64,000 nt of DNA. Source: an uncultured Acidimicrobiia bacterium (GTDB lineage Bacteria > Acidobacteriota > Terriglobia > Versatilivoradales > Versatilivoraceae). Below the pieces are notes generated by a model, which did no database searches, had not been told where the DNA came from, and saw nothing but the letters and a program-made list of their open reading frames with translations. Made by a program: the position numbers and the translations under genes. Positions 61,219 through 64,000 of the stretch are shown here, piece by piece. Position 1 is the first letter of the stretch; each line of letters opens with the position of its first letter. The DNA lies in assembly GCA_963786955.1 (NCBI GenBank), contig CAWBAT010000004.1:288001-352000 (forward strand), given 5' to 3'.

Positions 61219-61737
61219 ATGAACAATGGGACCACAGTGTTGAATGGGAGTTTTGTCCCCGCAAATGCTCTCATAATCAAAATTTGGAGTACTGATGCAC
61301 TGGCGCGTATCTTCAACATGTCCAAAAGTATCAACATGCTAACACCAGCTCTCGGGAGATTCAAGAAGAGCGGAGCTACCAAACGAGCCACCATCGCCCT
61401 CCGATCGTGGTCAAGACGAGGTGAGATTGAGATGAAAAGGCAGCCAGGATAATTTTCTAGATGGATCAGATTAAAATGGAAATCTGAGCGAAGCTGTGTT
61501 GGCAGCTTCCTGGCAGTTTCTACTTATTCGAGCGCAGAGGCGTTGGAGAACCAAAACAAAATGGTGCTATGGGACATAGACTCCAGTCGAAATTTGGGAA
61601 CTGTGACTGTTTCCGGCTTCTGCAATGCGCTGGCTATCTCCCCGGATAGCCAATGGCTTGTCATGGGAGGCATGGAATATGGTGGAGGACAGCCTACAGG
61701 CAAGATCAGGCTCTGGCGAACTTCCGAAATAATGTAA
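61219..61737 (+). pseudogene. Remnant of a WD40 protein paralogous to the downstream gene
   Basis: LAISPDSQWL..GKIRLWRTSEIM vs LAFSPDGQWL..GRIRLWRTSEIR. Confidence 0.6.
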
Positions 61738-61784
61738 ACGTTCCGAAAACGAGTTATAATTTAACTTTGGGATTGGGACAAAGT

Positions 61785-62979
61785 ATGAATTGCGTTCATT
61801 GTGGTGCCTCCATCATTGAAAACGCCTTTTTCTGTAGCCGATGCGGAAAACCCACCACCAGCCCAACTGCGCATGTGGCCACTCGGGAAGCGGGTTTTTC
61901 GAAGATCGAACCCTTGAGCCCACTCAACACAGCCACTGCCACTGGGATGGCCAGAGACAACAGGGCCAGCGCTGCAGGGAAGAGAATCCTTACTTTGATC
62001 GGCCACTCGATGCCGATCTACTCGCTCGCTTTTAGCCCCAATGGTCGTTGGCTGGCATCCGGCGGGCTGGATAAGACTGCCAAGCTGTGGGATACAATGG
62101 ATGGGCTCGAATTACGCACATTCAAAGGGGCGTTGTATTTTACGTGTGTCGACTTCAGCCCTGATGGGCAGTGGCTCGCTCTGGCAGCGACAAACGGCTC
62201 TCCGATCAACGATGCCAAACTGGTTCGGAACAGCATCGACCTATGGGACCCGGCGCATCCCAGTGATCCACGCAGCCTGATCGGGCCCGAGGGCCAAGTC
62301 TTTTTCCTTAAATACAGCCCCGACGGACTCAGGCTCGCTTCCACCGATGGAGCCGCCGCCATCAACGTCTGGGACGTGGCCAGCGGAAGAATCGTAAGAG
62401 CCATCAAACAGAGTTGGATCCGTTCCAATCTTCTCGGTGGGGCGCGCGGTTCTTCCCTGGCCTTCAGCCCCGACGGGCGATTCCTGGCAACAAGATCTTG
62501 GCCCGTCACGCTTTGGGAATTATCCAGCGGGAAGGAAGTGAGAACCTTTGGACCGGAGTCTCTTTCCCCCTCCGTTTCTGCATTTCTAGGCTTCACTCCT
62601 CACGGGAAATCCCTTGTCGAAGCCAGGACGAATGGCACGATCAGAATCTGGGATGTAACAAGCGGAAAAGAAGAGGGCTATCTTGCAGACCCTCAGAAGA
62701 AGACTGGGGTCATTTTTAGCCTTCAATGCGCCGCACTCAGCTCGGATGGGAGGCTCCTAGCGGCTGCTACTGTTTCGAGCGGAGGTGAAAGAAAAAGAGA
62801 AGGTGACGCTCTGGGATTTAGCTGCCGGAAGTCCAGTAGGAACTTTGACTGGATTCCAATCTTGCGAGGCATTGGCATTCAGTCCGGACGGACAATGGCT
62901 TGCCGCTGGAGATATGTACTCTGCCGGAGGAGCGTCTTTGGGCAGGATCCGGCTCTGGCGGACCTCAGAGATTAGGTAG
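61785..62979 (+). CDS. Zinc-ribbon + WD40 repeat protein, frameshift near 62780
   Basis: CVHCG..FCSRCG; repeated FSPDG..LA..LWD; last blade in ORF 62785-62979. Confidence 0.85.
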
Positions 62980-63256
62980 TCAGCTTATTCATAGGCACTA
63001 ATTGTTGTTCCCGGCGCCCCCCATTAGCCCCCTAAACTCAGCAAGTGGGGACTTGAGGTAGGGGTCGTTGCCGAATTTGCAGCATAGTCATAGATTAGGA
63101 GACCTGATCACCTAGCTAAAAGTTCCTATCCATAAGTCTGTTGATTTCTCAAGAGTATTCAAACCCTAGAGGTAATGCGTTAGTTACGGGGGGAAATCTG
63201 TAAGGGCAAGGCCTTCGGTGACGATTTGAGATTGTCGCTTCTGCAGCGGCTGAGTG

Positions 63257-63310
63257 GGTAGGGACGGACCGCCGGGCCGTCCGCGGCGCGCTCGGCGAGC
63301 GCGCCCTACC
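63257..63310. repeat. GTAG REP doublet (REPIN-like)
   Basis: GTAGGGACGG..CCGTCC facing GGCGCGCT..AGCGCGCCCTAC. Confidence 0.8.
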
Positions 63311-63341
63311 AGAAATTCCCCCGATAACTAACGCATAACCC

Positions 63342-64000
63342 CTAGAGTCTATTCAGAAATCCACTCAATGCCGGGGCCAACTCAGACGCGAGCTGGAAAC
63401 TTTCCTGGTGATCGAGGGCTGAGACGATAAAAGCCAAATGGTCCTTGGTTTCGAACCCCACCGCGTCCAGCGAATCGAGACGATCCTGGTGAAGAGCCAC
63501 ACCTTCAGCATCAAGGCTTTGCACCCGGCTACCAGCCGGGAAACTGGCATTTTGCTTTTCCGTAATAATTACAGAAATTGCCCGCCCCTCATGCTTCAAG
63601 ACCAGATGAATAAATTTCCGGTCCTTGACCCGGCAACGATGGCCAGCGGAAACCTCAAAACTGCCGGGAATCCTTTCTTGGATCAAAGAAGCCAATCCAA
63701 AATATTCAGGACCCATTTCTTCGGCCATTTCTTCCGGAGTCATCACGATTTGATCGAAATGCGAATCGATCACGCAGTGAATATGATCGCCAACTCCAAT
63801 TCTCAGGATACTGGCAACCTGCTCAGAAAGACTAAGGTCTTGAGCGAGCTGTGAAGCTGATCTCGAATGAAGATTGGGTTTATAAAGACGAAATCCTGCC
63901 CATCCGCTTAAACACGCCGCTAATATGGCTGCCGCGACTAGAGCCCAACGGCCCCTAGGAGCATTCTCTAGGCGAGCGGACGCCTTTTTTCGAATAGTCG
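63342..64000 (-). CDS. Probable membrane-anchored anti-sigma factor (5' end outside window)
   Basis: Frame stays open to the window end: RWALVAAAILAACLSGW TM helix, then GDHIHC..HRC..FIHLVL..AFIVSAL. Confidence 0.65.
   Translation of the reverse strand, partial: TIRKKASARLENAPRGRWALVAAAILAACLSGWAGFRLYKPNLHSRSASQLAQDLSLSEQVASILRIGVGDHIHCVIDSHFDQIVMTPEEMAEEMGPEYFGLASLIQERIPGSFEVSAGHRCRVKDRKFIHLVLKHEGRAISVIITEKQNASFPAGSRVQSLDAEGVALHQDRLDSLDAVGFETKDHLAFIVSALDHQESFQLASELAPALSGFLNRL

Noticed and set aside
63055-63090. GGGGTCGTTGCCGAATT as a possible transposon end
   Set aside because: No partner inverted repeat or transposase was found in the window.
63342-63773. Apparently truncated anti-sigma fragment
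   Set aside because: The frame is open through a TM helix to position 64000, so it is only cut by the window edge.

Overview
Bacterial chromosomal window; the gene content looks Acidobacteriota-like, which is an inference. 1.8-10.7 kb holds a chromosomal integron. Its integrase is C-terminally truncated next to a GTAG-REP hairpin, and about 12 attC-bounded cassettes follow: an unknown protein, HNH + Mrr nucleases, NTF2, DinB, VOC, ICMT, cupin, DUF3237-like, MOSC and a lipoprotein, several of them frameshifted. The rest is mostly metabolic and envelope genes: TerC, CDF, M20 amidohydrolase, araD-isomerase-araB, GH29, transketolase, GalE, an SSS transporter, GH78, alpha-2-macroglobulin/PBP1C, GT2 and PhyH. 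There is also a MenA/MenT-like toxin-antitoxin pair, an IS200-like HUH transposase between long structured inverted repeats with gene-less relatives elsewhere, an orphan attC cassette at 52.2 kb, and a kinase-AAA-GAF-sigma54 activator upstream of a sigma54 promoter driving a STAS protein and an ECF sigma factor. Intergenic DNA is rich in several families of hairpin repeats. No rRNA, tRNA or CRISPR array was recognised.
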